A DNA stretch of 64,000 nucleotides from Octopus sinensis (GCF_006345805.1 NC_043005.1:56606001-56670000), one strand, 5' to 3'; shown: positions 49,234-61,692, counted from the stretch's first letter. Made by a program: numbers and translations. Notes: generated from the sequence alone by a model not told the origin.

Positions 49234-50100
49234 GGTGCGTAAGATATTTGAGGACAGATTTATGTTTATAAAAAAACATATACAACAGATAATTTTATTT
49301 ATTAAAAACGCTGTGAGGATAAAAATAAATCTTCTTTTCTTTAATGTTATTCAATAAAACCACCTTCAGCTTCTATATGAGATCTAAATCATCTACATGT
49401 TCGAATCAAGTGGTTCTGGTTCATTTGGGACATTACTCTGACTATGACAGCTTTCAAAAAATCTTTGCTGTTATGGGCGTCTTCATTGACCTCTCTCTCA
49501 ACAACGCTGCACATGTAATCGTCCAACGGATTGAGTACTGGGAAATTAGGAGGCCAAATGTTAGGGGCTATGTGATCATGAAAATTTTCAGCCATCCATT
49601 CCTGTGTTACTAGAGCCATGTGTGATAGTGCAGAGTCTTACTGAAACACATATGGCTTTTCAATTGCATACGCTGTCTATCCAGGGCTTAACAATTATTT
49701 TCAGGACCTCAATGTAGGTGGCAGAGTTAACTCCAAGGGAAAGAAGTAAGGAGGCATCACATGTCTTTCATTGCTGACAACACCTAAAACCATAACAGTT
49801 GCAGAAAATTCTGTATGCATAACACTTGGAACTTCAGAAGAGTCTGCACATAATCATCTGTCATTTCTTCCATTAACTTTTTGATCATAATCGAAGTTAT
49901 TCTCGTTTGAGAAAAACCAAATCAAATTTTCTGCTGCATTTTTCAGTTTGTGTAAGAGCCTTTTAGATCTGATGTAGTGATTTTTCTTTTGCTTTTTCTG
50001 ATAAATTGACGTCTCATCATATAAGACTTATATCTGATGATTCGTGGACAACATTTCTGACTGTTCCATTTGCAATTGACCTCATAGACTTTCTGTGCTT
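49231..50100 (-). mobile_element. maT (DD37D) Tc1/mariner relic
   Basis: WFFSNE, FQ*DSA...WPPNFPVLNPLD (37 residues D to D), ends GGFIE* at 49347; TIR-like TAGGGTG at 49231. Confidence 0.85.
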
Positions 50101-50470
50101 TTGCTGAACATAAAGCTTAGCATTGAACGTGCGATTGTTTTCAGGCATTTCGTAACAGATTATCCCTTCCAATCCCGCCAAACACAGATAATTTTCTTGC
50201 GTGGATGCAGCTCTACTTTGGCTCGAGGTTTTGTTTGCTTGTCAAGATTCGGCTATTCTTTCTTCTGCTTCGTATCGATATAAAGATACCACTTTTCATC
50301 ACCAGTGTGTATGCGATAAAGGAATCTCTCTGTGAGTAGCCTGGTGCCGAGCGAACAAATTGGCGACAATAGAGAAGCACTGTATTTAACGCGCGTGACA
50401 CCTATGCAGCGAAATTTTGGACCTTGGCCATTGAGTGAAGATAGTGGGTGACAGTATCATGAAGCATTCT
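50101..50470 (-). mobile_element. Mariner (DD34D) transposase fragment
   Basis: LYRIHTGDEKWYLY, LHPRK.ICVWRDWKG...FNAKLYVQQ. Confidence 0.8.
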
Positions 50471-50519
50471 ATTTGCTATGCCAATTCCCGCCTTGAGTCT
50501 TTTCCGTAACCCCTGCCGA

Positions 50520-51038
50520 TTAAAAATAATGTTCTGGGAAAAATCACTACAGAAACTTATGAAATGTTCTATGCTACATACGGATTAACTTGTATGAGAT
50601 GAGCATCGGCGTTTCGTTGGAACAAAAGGCCAAGCAAAACAACTTCACCAGGAAGGTCATTATGATCCCATTTTTCGACAACAAGGACATGATTTACACT
50701 GAGTTCCCTCCGGCCAGACAATCAACAAAGAATACTTTGTGGACGTTTTGTGTAAGTTCAAGAAGTGATTTCGTCGCAAAAGGCCAGAACTCTTCCACTC
50801 GGGTAGGTACGCCTACATTAGGACGATGCATCAGTCTACAATTCCATTCTGGTAAGCAACTACTTGAGAGAGTTCCTCACTCTCCCTAAAGAGCAGACCT
50901 TCCTCCCTGTGACTTCTAGTTTGTCCTCGAGTTGAAGGAGGCTGTGGCAAGTGTCTTGAACACCTTCGCTTTAGAGTACTTCTATGAGCCTTAATGAAGT
51001 GCAATGAAGTCAGGGGATCATGCTTTGAAGGAGATTAG
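50520..51038 (+). mobile_element. Irritans-like mariner fragment
   Basis: TETYEMF, FFDNKDMIY, TINKEYFVDVL, RKRPELF, DLPPCDF, CFEGD*. Confidence 0.78.
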
Positions 51039-51305
51039 TTTTTTTCTTTGAAATTAATATTTTTCATTTTCTTTCTTCTGCTAGCCTATTATGTAGTGGG
51101 TTTTTCTCGGAGAATTTATGATGGTAATAGTGTCTTTTGACGTCAATTTTCAGTGCGTGGTGAGGCACAAGCCAAGCCCTTGTTATAATTATGTATATAA
51201 TTATAAAATATTTATGAGGTTTTATCTCCGCGCTGACCACCTGGTAAAAATCCTTAATGATTTTTACCCTTTATTATTATTATAATTAATATTTGAATAT
51301 ATATA

Positions 51306-51379
<74 letters not shown>

Positions 51380-52074
51380 CCATTTGTTAATTCTGCACGT
51401 CCTCAGTATTTTTATAGGGTGGTGTGGTTAGATTTTATAATTTCTTTCTAAAAACCGTACTAAAAATTATGAAGTTTTAAAAGTTTCCCAATTTCTAATA
51501 AATACTTCTGTAAAGGATAAGTTGAAAGCATGTTTCTGCATCGTCAACATTCTCACTGTTACCCTATACGATTATACATCTGGATCACCAGGTAATATAG
51601 AAGCATTGCCCTAGTTTCCATACTTATCGTGAGAATGTAGCGGAACGATCTTTACAATTGACTCAATTGAAAGTTAAACCGGTTCATATACATCGACATC
51701 TCTACCATAAACTGATTCAGACCGGAAACAGCGGCTAGTGAACGAAAGTGTAAAGAATGGTTTCCGGTTCTTCCCTGCATTCACTGAGTGAGCAAGTTCC
51801 TGTAATATAGAACAAGTTTTGAGTGCCAAGTGAGTATGTAATTACAAAACGGTGCAACGCTAAACACTATTTCTAACTGCTGATAACCTGTTAAATAATC
51901 ACGATTCTTATGCCAACATAAAATTAGCGTTTAATTTCTCAAGGATTGATAAAATAACTACTTTATTTATTTATTTATTTGTTTATTATTTTCAGGAATA
52001 TCCACAGCTCTTTACCGGTATCTAAAGAACATATATAGAACTATATGCTTATATATATATATATATTATATATT

Positions 52075-52130
<56 letters not shown>

Positions 52131-52342
52131 TGGTGCTATTAAGTTAGACATGGCCTGGGCCAATAATGGCCGAAACCTATCAAAGTATCAAAGTATATAT
52201 ATAAATATATACATATATATATACATATACATATACATATACATATAACGGGAAGGTTACGAAAATAAACAAAGACGAAGGCAGGTGGAGTACAAACAAA
52301 CAATGTATTAGTATGGCGCTCAGGAATAGAAATAAAACAAAT

Positions 52343-52378
52343 CTTTTACGTTTCGAGCCTACGCTCTTCGACAGAAAG
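52343..52378 (-). ncRNA. Minimal hammerhead motif, CUGUNGA variant, in a PLE-type terminal fragment (52250-52420)
   Basis: CTTT-CTGTCGA-A-GAGCgtagGCTC-GAAAC-GTA^AAAG; perfect 4-bp stem I. Confidence 0.68.
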
Positions 52379-52431
52379 ATACACAGAAAAGAAACAAGGA
52401 GAGAAACACGGAGAGAAAAAAAATATATGTA

Positions 52432-52472
<41 letters not shown>

Positions 52473-52477
<5 letters not shown>

Positions 52478-52804
52478 TATCTAGAGAGATACATATATCA
52501 ACGCTGTCCTGTCACTATCTCGCTTGTCATCTCTCATGACTGTGTGTCTGTCTTTCTCTGCGTTTCCTTCGTCTCCCTTTGCTGTCTCTAGCAGAACTAC
52601 CTGTTGCCAACTATATGTATCTATATATATATAATATAATATATATATATATTATATATACAATATATATCTAGAGAGATACATATATCCACGCTGTCCT
52701 GTCACTATCTCGCTTGTCATCTCTCATGACTGTGTGTCTGTCTTTTCTCTGCGTTTCCTCGTCTCCCCCTTTGCTGTCTCTAGCAGAACTACCTGTTGCC
52801 AACT
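52473..52804 (+). repeat. Tandem duplication of about 140 bp separated by (TA)n
   Basis: ctagagagatacatatatc.acgctgtcctgtcac...gaactacctgttgccaact at 52473-52612 and 52663-52804. Confidence 0.92.
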
Positions 52805-53398
52805 CACTCTGTTCCCGACTGACCACAAGCTCACAGCGCGTCGCATTTTAAAGGGTGGTTTTCTGAACTTTCCCTGACCGTAGGGGCCAAACTGTCACTC
52901 CTAAGTCGTTACTCTTTTCCAGAACTGGCAGAACAAAGGACTATAACTTACAACCGTAGACTTCCAGACTACAAACCGAGCAAAGTAGGTCAAGAAGTAC
53001 TGTCCCTGAACTATTCACAACAATATATACATACCCATACCTAGAAAAGAGAGAGAGAGAAAAGAGAGATACATAGAGAGAGGTTAACAGAATAAACGAG
53101 ACAGGCATAAACTTCACATACAGTTTATTATTTGGTTATGCTCAACAGCTGTTTCATCGGCAATAAACATCAATATTGTTATAATTACGGAATTCAAATA
53201 CATTTAGTGATTTTAAATAAATATAAAATAAAATTATTCAAGCGTGATGTTTACCCAATCATCGAGAAAATCCTATGTATATACGAGCAAGTTTTGTGCC
53301 GCTTAGATTACTGCAATGGAATAACTTGTGGAGTTTAACACCCTGTAGTTAATCAATCTCTTAATTACCGTGGATATATATTTTTTTATGTATACACA

Positions 53399-54250
53399 TC
53401 TATCTATAATACATTAAAAGTCAAATTGAATCTTGCTTGCTTGCTTGCAATGTTACTCAGACACACTGGCGCATAATGGGAAAATATTATGAATTAAGTT
53501 TCCCCTGAAATGTAAATACGAACGAAATGAAACAAATTTCGCGTAAATCGGATAAGTGGTTGTGAAGATATTTAAGGTTTTCGGGGGTATAAATACCCAA
53601 AACGGTGCATAATGGGAAAAGTCTCCGAAATTAACTTAATCCTGGAAGGAAAGTAACTCATACCTTTCAATTAGACAGTGACTTGACAACGAAAAAATAC
53701 GATTTGTTTTTTTACAGTAAATATTTTTATTTTCACTTTTGTTAAACACAAAACTTTAATCGTATAGAAATATTTTTAAGTTAATATGATTTCAAAAATG
53801 TAAGTTGTTTGTACAATAAGTATTTATATTTTAGCTTTCTTTAAACAGACAATATTTTATTGATTTTCAAATTATTTTCAACTGTATACCATAACAAAAA
53901 TTTTTTGTAGCATAAATATTTCGAAAAAGACTCGTTTGTAAACTCGGTGTGAAGTAATTTTCTTCCATGGGTTTTTCGAGTGCATTCAACGTATCTACTT
54001 CCAAAGAATTGGCTGCTATTTCTAGAACGCCCTGCTACCACGAAACTGCTATTTGCAATAAACGACCCGAAATACCTGTTATGTGGTAGCAAGACGTGCA
54101 AGAAATAGCAACCAAATCTTTCCTTTTCTGATGAAGGGAGCCGCTTACGCGTGATTTCACTGTCGCCTTCGTTAAAAGCATGCAAAATAACCTGGAAAGA
54201 AAAAAAACCAACGAAACAAAACTCCGTTGCTGGGAAACTCAGACCTTCCC
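53399..54250 (+). mobile_element. Possible non-autonomous Helitron (5' end only)
   Basis: A|TCTATCTATAATACATTAAAAG followed by (CTTG)n, as in Helitron 5' ends; 3' CTAG not found. Confidence 0.35.
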
Positions 54251-54411
54251 ACTCACCCAACGGGAAACGGGAGTCCAGTCAATTTTCTCTTCCTCTCTCT
54301 CTTCTCTTCTCTCTCACTCTTTCTCTGACTTTCCATGTGCGTTTGTGTATATATATATATGTATATATACATATATACGCAACACACACACACACACCAC
54401 ACACACCACAC

Positions 54412-54454
<43 letters not shown>

Positions 54455-54568
54455 TATAATAGAAATATGTTTCAAAAAGAAAATAGAAACTACACGTGGA
54501 AAAGATATGGGGAAAGTAAGAAGAAGAAAACGAAATTGCACATGAATATCAAAAACTAATAGAGGTAT

Positions 54569-54790
54569 TTTTTATGAAAAGTTGCGATAAATAAATGCAA
54601 ATAGATGAATTGAGATAGAATTAAGAGGAAATAAATTCATTATTTTGAATTGTTCAAAGCCAGTGAACAGCAATGACGAGACCGGTTTGACTTTGAATTT
54701 CTTCAACAATTCAAAATAATGAATTTATTTCCTCTTAATTCTACCCCAGTTCATCTAATTGTATTTATTTAGCGCTACTTTTCATAAAAA
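54569..54790. repeat. AT-rich inverted repeat, about 87-bp arms
   Basis: ttttatgaaaagttgcgataaataaatg...gaggaaataaattcattattttgaattgtt / aacaattcaaaataatgaatttatttcctc...agcgctacttttcataaaa. Confidence 0.88.
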
Positions 54791-54977
54791 ATCCTTCATT
54801 ATTTTTTTTTTATATTCAATGAGCATTTTCGCTTTTTTCTTCTAACTTACCCCATATATACGTGTGTGTGTGTGTGTGTGTACTTATATATATATATATA
54901 TATTAGACAAAAAGAGATAACAAATCCAAGGCTGTGAGGAATTTTCAGGAAATTTTAAGGAAAGAGATATAGATAAT

Positions 54978-55025
54978 GGTTTACAGCTGTTTCTGGGATT
55001 TATAGATATCCCTTCATCAGAGACG
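54978..55025 (-). ncRNA. Hammerhead motif with broken stem I
   Basis: CGTCT-CTGATGA-AGGGAT...ATCCCA-GAAAC-AGCT-GTA^AACC; palindromic ACAGCTGT; same family as 12276. Confidence 0.65.
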
Positions 55026-55410
55026 ATGTAAGATGGTTAAAAGAGGTAAATGTTTGAGTTCGAAATAAGGAATTTTTGTGAAAAAGGTAGGAGATAGGGA
55101 TATAGAGGGAAATAAGAGAATGAAGTAGAAGTAAAATATAAAACATTCTAGTTACAGTTACAGTATTCGAGTAAAACAGTGTATAGAAGTGGTAAAAAGT
55201 TCCTTGTACATGGTAAGTTCCAATAGTAGTTCATGTTTAGTCATTTCTAAATATGGAGCCGTGAATTCTGTGTTGCTCATTCGAAGGGGCTTTGTGGTGG
55301 GAATATATATATTATATATATATGTGTGTGTGTGTGTGTGCGTGTGTATAATAATAATAATAATATTTATTTTTATGTGCCTATTATTTATTTTTTTATG
55401 ATAATAATTA

Positions 55411-55462
<52 letters not shown>

Positions 55463-55775
55463 GTGTATGTATGTATATACGTATAGACACATATATGTAT
55501 ATTTTTATGTATAGACACATATATGTTATATATATTATACATATATACATATACGCAAACATTCACATATATGTGTGTGTGTTTATATATATATATAGTA
55601 TGTATGTATGTATGTATGTATGTATGTATGTATGTATGTATGTATGTATGTATGTATGTATGTATGTTGTGTGTGTGGTGTGTATATGTATGTATATGTA
55701 TTTATGTATTTAGCAGAAGGAAAACTCTGGCGTAACGCCCGCGTGTAAGTATTTCATATATTTCTTATCGTGTTA

Positions 55776-55830
55776 TCAACTGAAGAGGGAAAAATCCATA
55801 GGATTAATCCCGAAATTGATTCAATATAGA
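55776..55830 (+). ncRNA. Type-I hammerhead ribozyme, AUA triplet
   Basis: TCAA-CTGAAGA-GGGA...TCCC-GAAA-TTG-att-CAA-TA^TAGA; cleavage after 55826. Confidence 0.65.
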
Positions 55831-56138
55831 AATAACGAACTTTTTAAAAATAATTCTGTTGGCTAGTTTCCCCGATTTCACCACGACGTGCATTTATAGT
55901 GTATAATGATATGTGGAAATTGACGATTTAAAGTCTGTTATCAGCATATTGGGATGGAAATAATTTTTCTTTTGCCCTTGTTTATAAGTTGTTTATAATT
56001 TTAACCTTTAAGGTATTTTAATATGCTACCACTTTTTGATGAAATTTTTTCTGAAAAAATTTCATTCTATATTAGTATATATATATATATATATGAGTTG
56101 CATAATAGTGGTTTTATCTCTAATTTATATTATATTAT

Positions 56139-56176
<38 letters not shown>

Positions 56177-56242
56177 TTATATATATATATATAATATATA
56201 TATATAAATCAAATAAAATCAAAAGCAGAACACAAGGATGTC

Positions 56243-56334
56243 GCGGTACACGTGTTTCAAGCTTTATAAACGACATGTTCTTACATCAGTGTATAATAGA
56301 TATAAAAGATAGTTTAAAGCTCTCTTCAGCCGCA
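56243..56334 (-). ncRNA. Hammerhead ribozyme, fully intact
   Basis: GCGG-CTGAAGA-GAGCTTTA...TAAAGCTT-GAAAC-ACGT-GTA^CCGC; palindromic ACACGTGT. Confidence 0.87.
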
Positions 56335-56553
56335 TGCATTGTTATTCCAAAGAGTTACATCACCTATAAAAAATATGAAAAGTACTTGTAGTATTACTCC
56401 TATTTAGTTATGAAATTTTACACATACACTTTCTCAGGGAGATATGATATACCTATTATTATGGGTAATACTACATGTACTTTTCATATTTTTTATAATG
56501 TGATTTTTTAATAGTTTTATAGTGTGATATAACTCTTTGGAATAACAATGCAT

Positions 56554-56644
56554 GCGGCTGAAGAGAGCTTTAAACCATCTTTTATATCTATTATACGCTG
56601 ATGTAAGTACATATCGTTTATAAAGCTTGAAACACGCGTACCGC
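56554..56644 (+). ncRNA. Hammerhead ribozyme, intact core
   Basis: GCGG-CTGAAGA-GAGCTTTA...TAAAGCTT-GAAAC-ACGC-GTA^CCGC; cleavage after 56640. Confidence 0.85.
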
Positions 56645-56757
56645 GACATCCTTTGTGTTCTCTTTTTGGTTTTATTTGATATAATCCCTTTCACCTCTGC
56701 CACTAGCTGGCGTATACAGGTGCTTACACTTATCAAGTATTCACCCTAAATTTGCAG

Positions 56758-56808
<51 letters not shown>

Positions 56809-56896
56809 GGAGAATTCACAAAAAAACAAAAGACGAAGACAGGTGGTGTAGACAACAAACAGATGTATTAGTTTAACGCTTGAGAAGTGAAAAAGT

Positions 56897-56934
56897 CTTT
56901 TAACGTTTCGAGCCTACGCTCTTCCACAGAAAGA
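56897..56934 (-). ncRNA. Minimal hammerhead motif, CUGUNGA variant
   Basis: TCTTT-CTGTGGA-A-GAGCgtagGCTC-GAAAC-GTT^AAAAGA. Confidence 0.62.
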
Positions 56935-56964
56935 AACAGTGAGAGAAAATAAAGAATGTATATA

Positions 56965-57125
56965 TACGACGGGCTTCTTTCAGTTTCCGTCTGCCATATC
57001 CACTCACAAGGCTTTGGTCGGCGACCCAAACTATAGTACAAGACACTTGCCCAATGTGCCACGCAGTTGGACTGAGTTCGGTACCTTGTAGTCGGAAAGC
57101 AAAGTTCTTACCACACAGCCACGCC
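56965..57125 (-). mobile_element. SINE family A, 5' half
   Basis: cgacgggcttctttcagtttccgtc...cttaccacacagccacgcc. Confidence 0.8.
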
Positions 57126-57299
57126 TCCTTTGACAGGTTTTTTTTATTCTACAGGACTCCAACGAAATCCACCGTCGTTACCAGGCAGATTTAGCAATTT
57201 CCTGTTCTTCTATTGCAAATGCATAGACTTCGAAATACGATGTGATCAAGTGGTTACGAGTCCAAAAGAGGCTTCGTATCATGTCGATATTACTGACGG

Positions 57300-58586
57300 T
57301 ATTTACTGTCATTCTCAAGCCTTCTGAAAGCATACCTCTGCATAGTCTAGTTTTTAGTATGCTGAGCTTTTCCCAACGTGGTCTTCGCTGAGGTATGTTA
57401 GTCCGGTTGGTTTTGGGTTATATGGGAGATCATCAGGAAAAGTGTGCTTCCTGAGGATCTCACTTCCGACACTTAGGATATTGTTCTCTTCACTTTTCAG
57501 CACTAAGTATATATCCTGTTGTCAATTTACTGTTGCTGTTGTTGTGCAGCAAGTGCTGCCTGAGAGATACTATACGACATTCGAAAGCTCTCTGCACTGG
57601 TTTTAAGCCTCTGCCTCCTTTTCCTCTTCTTAGGTAGATCCGGATGATATCACTATTTCTGTAATTATTTCCACTTGATGCCAGAGTCTTGCGGGTTTTA
57701 ACGTCTATGGAGCGGATTTCTTCTGCAGACCAGTCAAGAATTCCCAAATGTTTGGATCAGCACTGGTTCTTTAAGTTGGCATAATATTTTTTGGGTCACT
57801 CTATCTATATTCAAAGTACCTTCGTATGATTTCATCAATGCCTAGGTACTTGCAGAATTCTTTGTGTGAGACAGGAGAGATGGTCACATTATTGACGCAC
57901 GTGTTTTGGGTCCGAGGGATTGATTTTCCACGTTCAACAATCAAATATGAACATTTCTTTTGACCAAATTCCATTCTTATGTCAGCTGAAAGTACCGTTG
58001 CTTTTTGGCATTGTTAATATAAATCTTGAGGTTAACCACAAAGAAATTATGGGTTATCCCTAACATGTAGCCATTTGATTTTTGTAGCAGGAATGATCAT
58101 GGATTTAATGCCAAAAGGAACAGAATTGCAAAGAGAGACTATTTCCTTGGACTAGTCCCTTTTAAATATTTATAACATTGCAGACGATCGCTCTGCTCTC
58201 GGTTCTAAGAGTAAAAATTGTTGTTTAGGTCTTTATGATCTTCGCAATAGCAGCTGTAAAGGTAGCATGCACTTTAGCCAAAATGTAGACACTTCAACAG
58301 CCTTGAGTGGAGAATAGAGTCAACACCTTCTTATAATCAAGCCATACTGTTGCAAGGCTCCAACAGGGTTTTCTTTCACTTCAAACAGTACAGCTTTTTT
58401 TATTAATGTTGTTTGGTACATACCCATACTCCTTTCTTTCCACTCACTAGCTCATCATCCACTATGTTGTTGGAATCACAATGACCCGGAGGAATTGGTT
58501 AAGGCAGCTACAGTACAGGTTGCACATAATGTATGGGTAAGCAATGGGTCTAAAGTTTTCTGCCAACTCCGTAGGTTCATTCTTGG

Positions 58587-58590
<4 letters not shown>
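57300..58590 (-). mobile_element. R4/Dong-like retrotransposon RT region, second subfamily, decayed
   Basis: ENFRPIA, LDYKK, KYLGIDE, GILDWS.EEIRSIDVKTRK, IYLRRGKGGRGL. Confidence 0.8.
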
Positions 58591-58639
<49 letters not shown>

Positions 58640-58642
<3 letters not shown>

Positions 58643-58975
58643 GTCATTCAGTTTTATTTCAGGATTTCTTGACAATAGAGAAAGAGCTCCTTCGTTGGAA
58701 TTTCAACATCAACAACAGAGTATTTTTGTGTGTATGTATGTATATATACAAATTTGTATGCTTTGTTTTATGTATTTATTCTCATGCATATAGTTGCATA
58801 TCTAGACATGTTCATATATATTTGAATGATAACTTCTGGAAAGTTTACAGATTTTTACAGTTCCAGTGATTGATTGGATCTGTAGTCTTTGAATTCTCCT
58901 TCTGGTTTTGAGAAGCCTTTTCTCAAGATTGTTATTTAGGCAGTGTGTTACATATCCCGGGCCCCAATAATTATG
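58640..58975 (-). mobile_element. R4/Dong-like 3' end and UTR flanked by (CATA)n
   Basis: IIGARGYVTHCLNNNLEK matches IIRALGYVRHCLNTNLEN at 21735-21785. Confidence 0.75.
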
Positions 58976-59115
58976 TATGTATGTATGTATGTATGTATGT
59001 ATGTATGTATGTATGTATGTATGTATGTATGTATAAAATATATGTTTGTGTATTAACGCGTGATTTTATAAAGGCAGTAAGACCAACTGAGGTCATTGGA
59101 ATATAGGAGTTGTAT

Positions 59116-59147
<32 letters not shown>

Positions 59148-60757
59148 TGTATGTATGTATGTATGTATGTATGTATGTATGTATGTATGTGTGTATGTAT
59201 GTATATGTATATGTTTGTATATGTGCGCATGTGTGTGTGTGTGTCTGTATAATAATGCATATATGCTGTGTATGTGTGAATGTGAGTTTCGACATTGTAA
59301 CTGGGTTGATCAGGATCGATGGTTCTAATCTTGACAAGATTCTGGGAGAGTAGGCAGTAGTTCTATCCACGCAGCCGACCAACTAAATATCTCATGCGAT
59401 TTTTGTCTCTTAACGCTGCACGACAACGATTATCTACAGTGAAATGAGTCGGCTTGCATGAGGCACTTAAAAATATGTTTAACTCATCATCAGACAGTAA
59501 AATGATATTGTTGCTCATTCCTGTTTGGTCGTTCACCTTCGCAATAAAACTTTGAATATTGATTATGAGAACAATGTTTTAATAATCGATATTGTCCTCT
59601 TTCTGTGATGCTTCAAGTGTTTGGCATAAAAAAGTAGTCACATGTTCTGTAATCTATACCACCCACATACGGCAAGTTTCTTGTGTTTCAGCTGTCAGAT
59701 GTTTAATATTCATTAAACTTCTGTTTTATTGATATCAGTGAGGTTGTATTAGTTTGTCTAGTAGTATTTTTTTTGCTTTATTTTGTTTTTGTTTTGTTTT
59801 GCTTTTGTTTTTGTTTGTTTTTTTTACCGAAATTAGCTTTACGTTCTGTGTGATATGATCAGCGCTGGGTTACTCATTAAGCAAAATAAGCACGTGCTGA
59901 GGGCATCAAGAGAAGTGAGTACCACAGAAATGGTAAATGGCTTACGGCACAAAAGAAATCCATAAAACTTGCTCAAAAAAATTCGAAGTGGTTTATATGA
60001 CCGGAAATATAATTTCGAAGTGTTCATGGTGTCATAGTGAGGATCTGATCAAATACTTTGCAGTCAATAATGTATGAAAAACTTTTCAAGTATAAATAGA
60101 TTGGAAGTACGGAAAAATAAATATTTTCCATCTTATTGTTAGGCTTGTTTCATTTTGAAAAATATAATCCTATTTTATGGTTTATCATTGTTTATATCTT
60201 GAATTACACATATATGGGAGGCACCAAAATCTTAAAAGTGCTTAGGACTTCTATGGATCTTAATCCGGCCCTGGATATGATGGGAGAGCGTTTTGTTCTA
60301 TAGAAAACTCTTAACATTTATTGATACAGCACGATTAGATAACGTTTGAACTATCAGAGTCACCAGTAATTTCAGATGCAGTTAAAAGCGGAAACACAAT
60401 TTTCTTTACATTGCAGTATAGTCACATTTCACTATGTGAAGAAGTTTTAACCTGAATGTAAAGTTTTAACCTTCCAAGCGGAGAGTTCAGAACTCATTAG
60501 CTATTACCTTGTCATTATTTTATATGTTATCACCAATGTTCCTCGACGACCTTTCGAAAATGTATGTAACTTGTTTGTAACATCCATGTGTAAATATACC
60601 CATGTATAATATGTCCCCATGTAAATATGCATATGTTTTGGAAGATTTTGAATATGATTCAAAGTTGTATATATTTTGGTAGTGATAGAAATATTTTCTT
60701 ATTTCCTATTATTTTGGCATTTTTGTTTACAGCCTTATTAACAACTTTCATCATGTA

Positions 60758-61333
60758 TTGGGTTTGTCCGGAAATTCGGGTTGTCCGAAAGTTCGTGCCG
60801 ATTTATAGTAGCTTACCTTTCGACTTATTTTCGAACATGGTTGAGTCCATAAAATAGGATTTGACTACACCTCCATTTAGAGCACAGTTTTAAGCTATCT
60901 TTTCGTGGAAGAAGGTTTATGTTCCTACAACCTGTGTTAATTCTGTAACCCTTTAAAATGGAAGATAAGAAAGTTCATTTTCGGCACTTAATGCTTTGGG
61001 AACCAGACAAAATTGCTGCAACTCGGCTGGGATGTGTGATCCCACCCTCCATATTCACCAGATATTGCTCCTTCGGATTTCCACTTATTCATCTCCTGCA
61101 AATAGTCTTAAGGGTAAAAATTTCAATTCCTTGGATGACGTAAAAAGATACCTTGATGAATTCTTGCATAAAACCACCTCAATTCTGGGAAGAGGGTGTT
61201 TTCAAGTTAAAGGAAAGATGAAGACGCATTGTGCAACAAAATGGCTCATATTTGGTTTATTAAATGTAATGGCAAGTATTTATTGACCTTTTTCTTTCAT
61301 TTAAAATCGGCACGAACTTTCCGGATAACACAG
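60758..61333 (+). mobile_element. Mariner internal-deletion derivative (576 bp)
   Basis: TIRs ..gggttgtccg(g)aaagttcgtgccgattt / aaatcggcacgaactttccggataacacag with TA at 60756-57 and 61334-35. MEDKKVHFRHLMLWE is joined to the C-terminal NSLKGKNFNSLDDVKRYLDEF. Confidence 0.88.
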
Positions 61334-61624
61334 TACATCAGTGTGTCGCTCCCTTTTTACCCTTGCGTAACCCTTAGAATAAATAACATGTCTCCTCAGG
61401 ACCCCTACACAAAACAAAATTACATCATTATCTTTCTCATATTTTTTTCATCGTATTATCACATGGTAAATATCATATATATGTGTTATATCTTTTTGAT
61501 ATCATAATAGGTTAGATAGGATGATGCCTATTATTAACAGTACAATAACCAAAATGTTGTGCATGTATATGTTGTGCATGTAATATTACGATTATGAAAT
61601 TAAGCATTAGCTTATCTCACTCTT

Positions 61625-61692
61625 TCTCGCGGAACCCCTAGGAAACTTTTGCGGAACCCTAAGGTTCTGGAAGCCCGGTTTGAAAAACACCG
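61625..61692. mobile_element. hAT/Charlie-type terminal fragment
   Basis: gcggaacccctag...gcggaaccctaagg...tttgaaaaacaccg. Confidence 0.5.

Larger units (their letters stand above)
56205..56683. repeat. Inverted repeat (about 200-bp arms) with a hammerhead in each arm
   Basis: Arms about 56205-56400 and 56464-56683. Confidence 0.92.

Noticed and set aside
54640-54710. TTGAAGA in the loop of the 54.6-kb inverted repeat, resembling an HHR core
   Set aside because: GAAA and the cleavage triplet are missing; apparent stem I is just the inverted-repeat arm.
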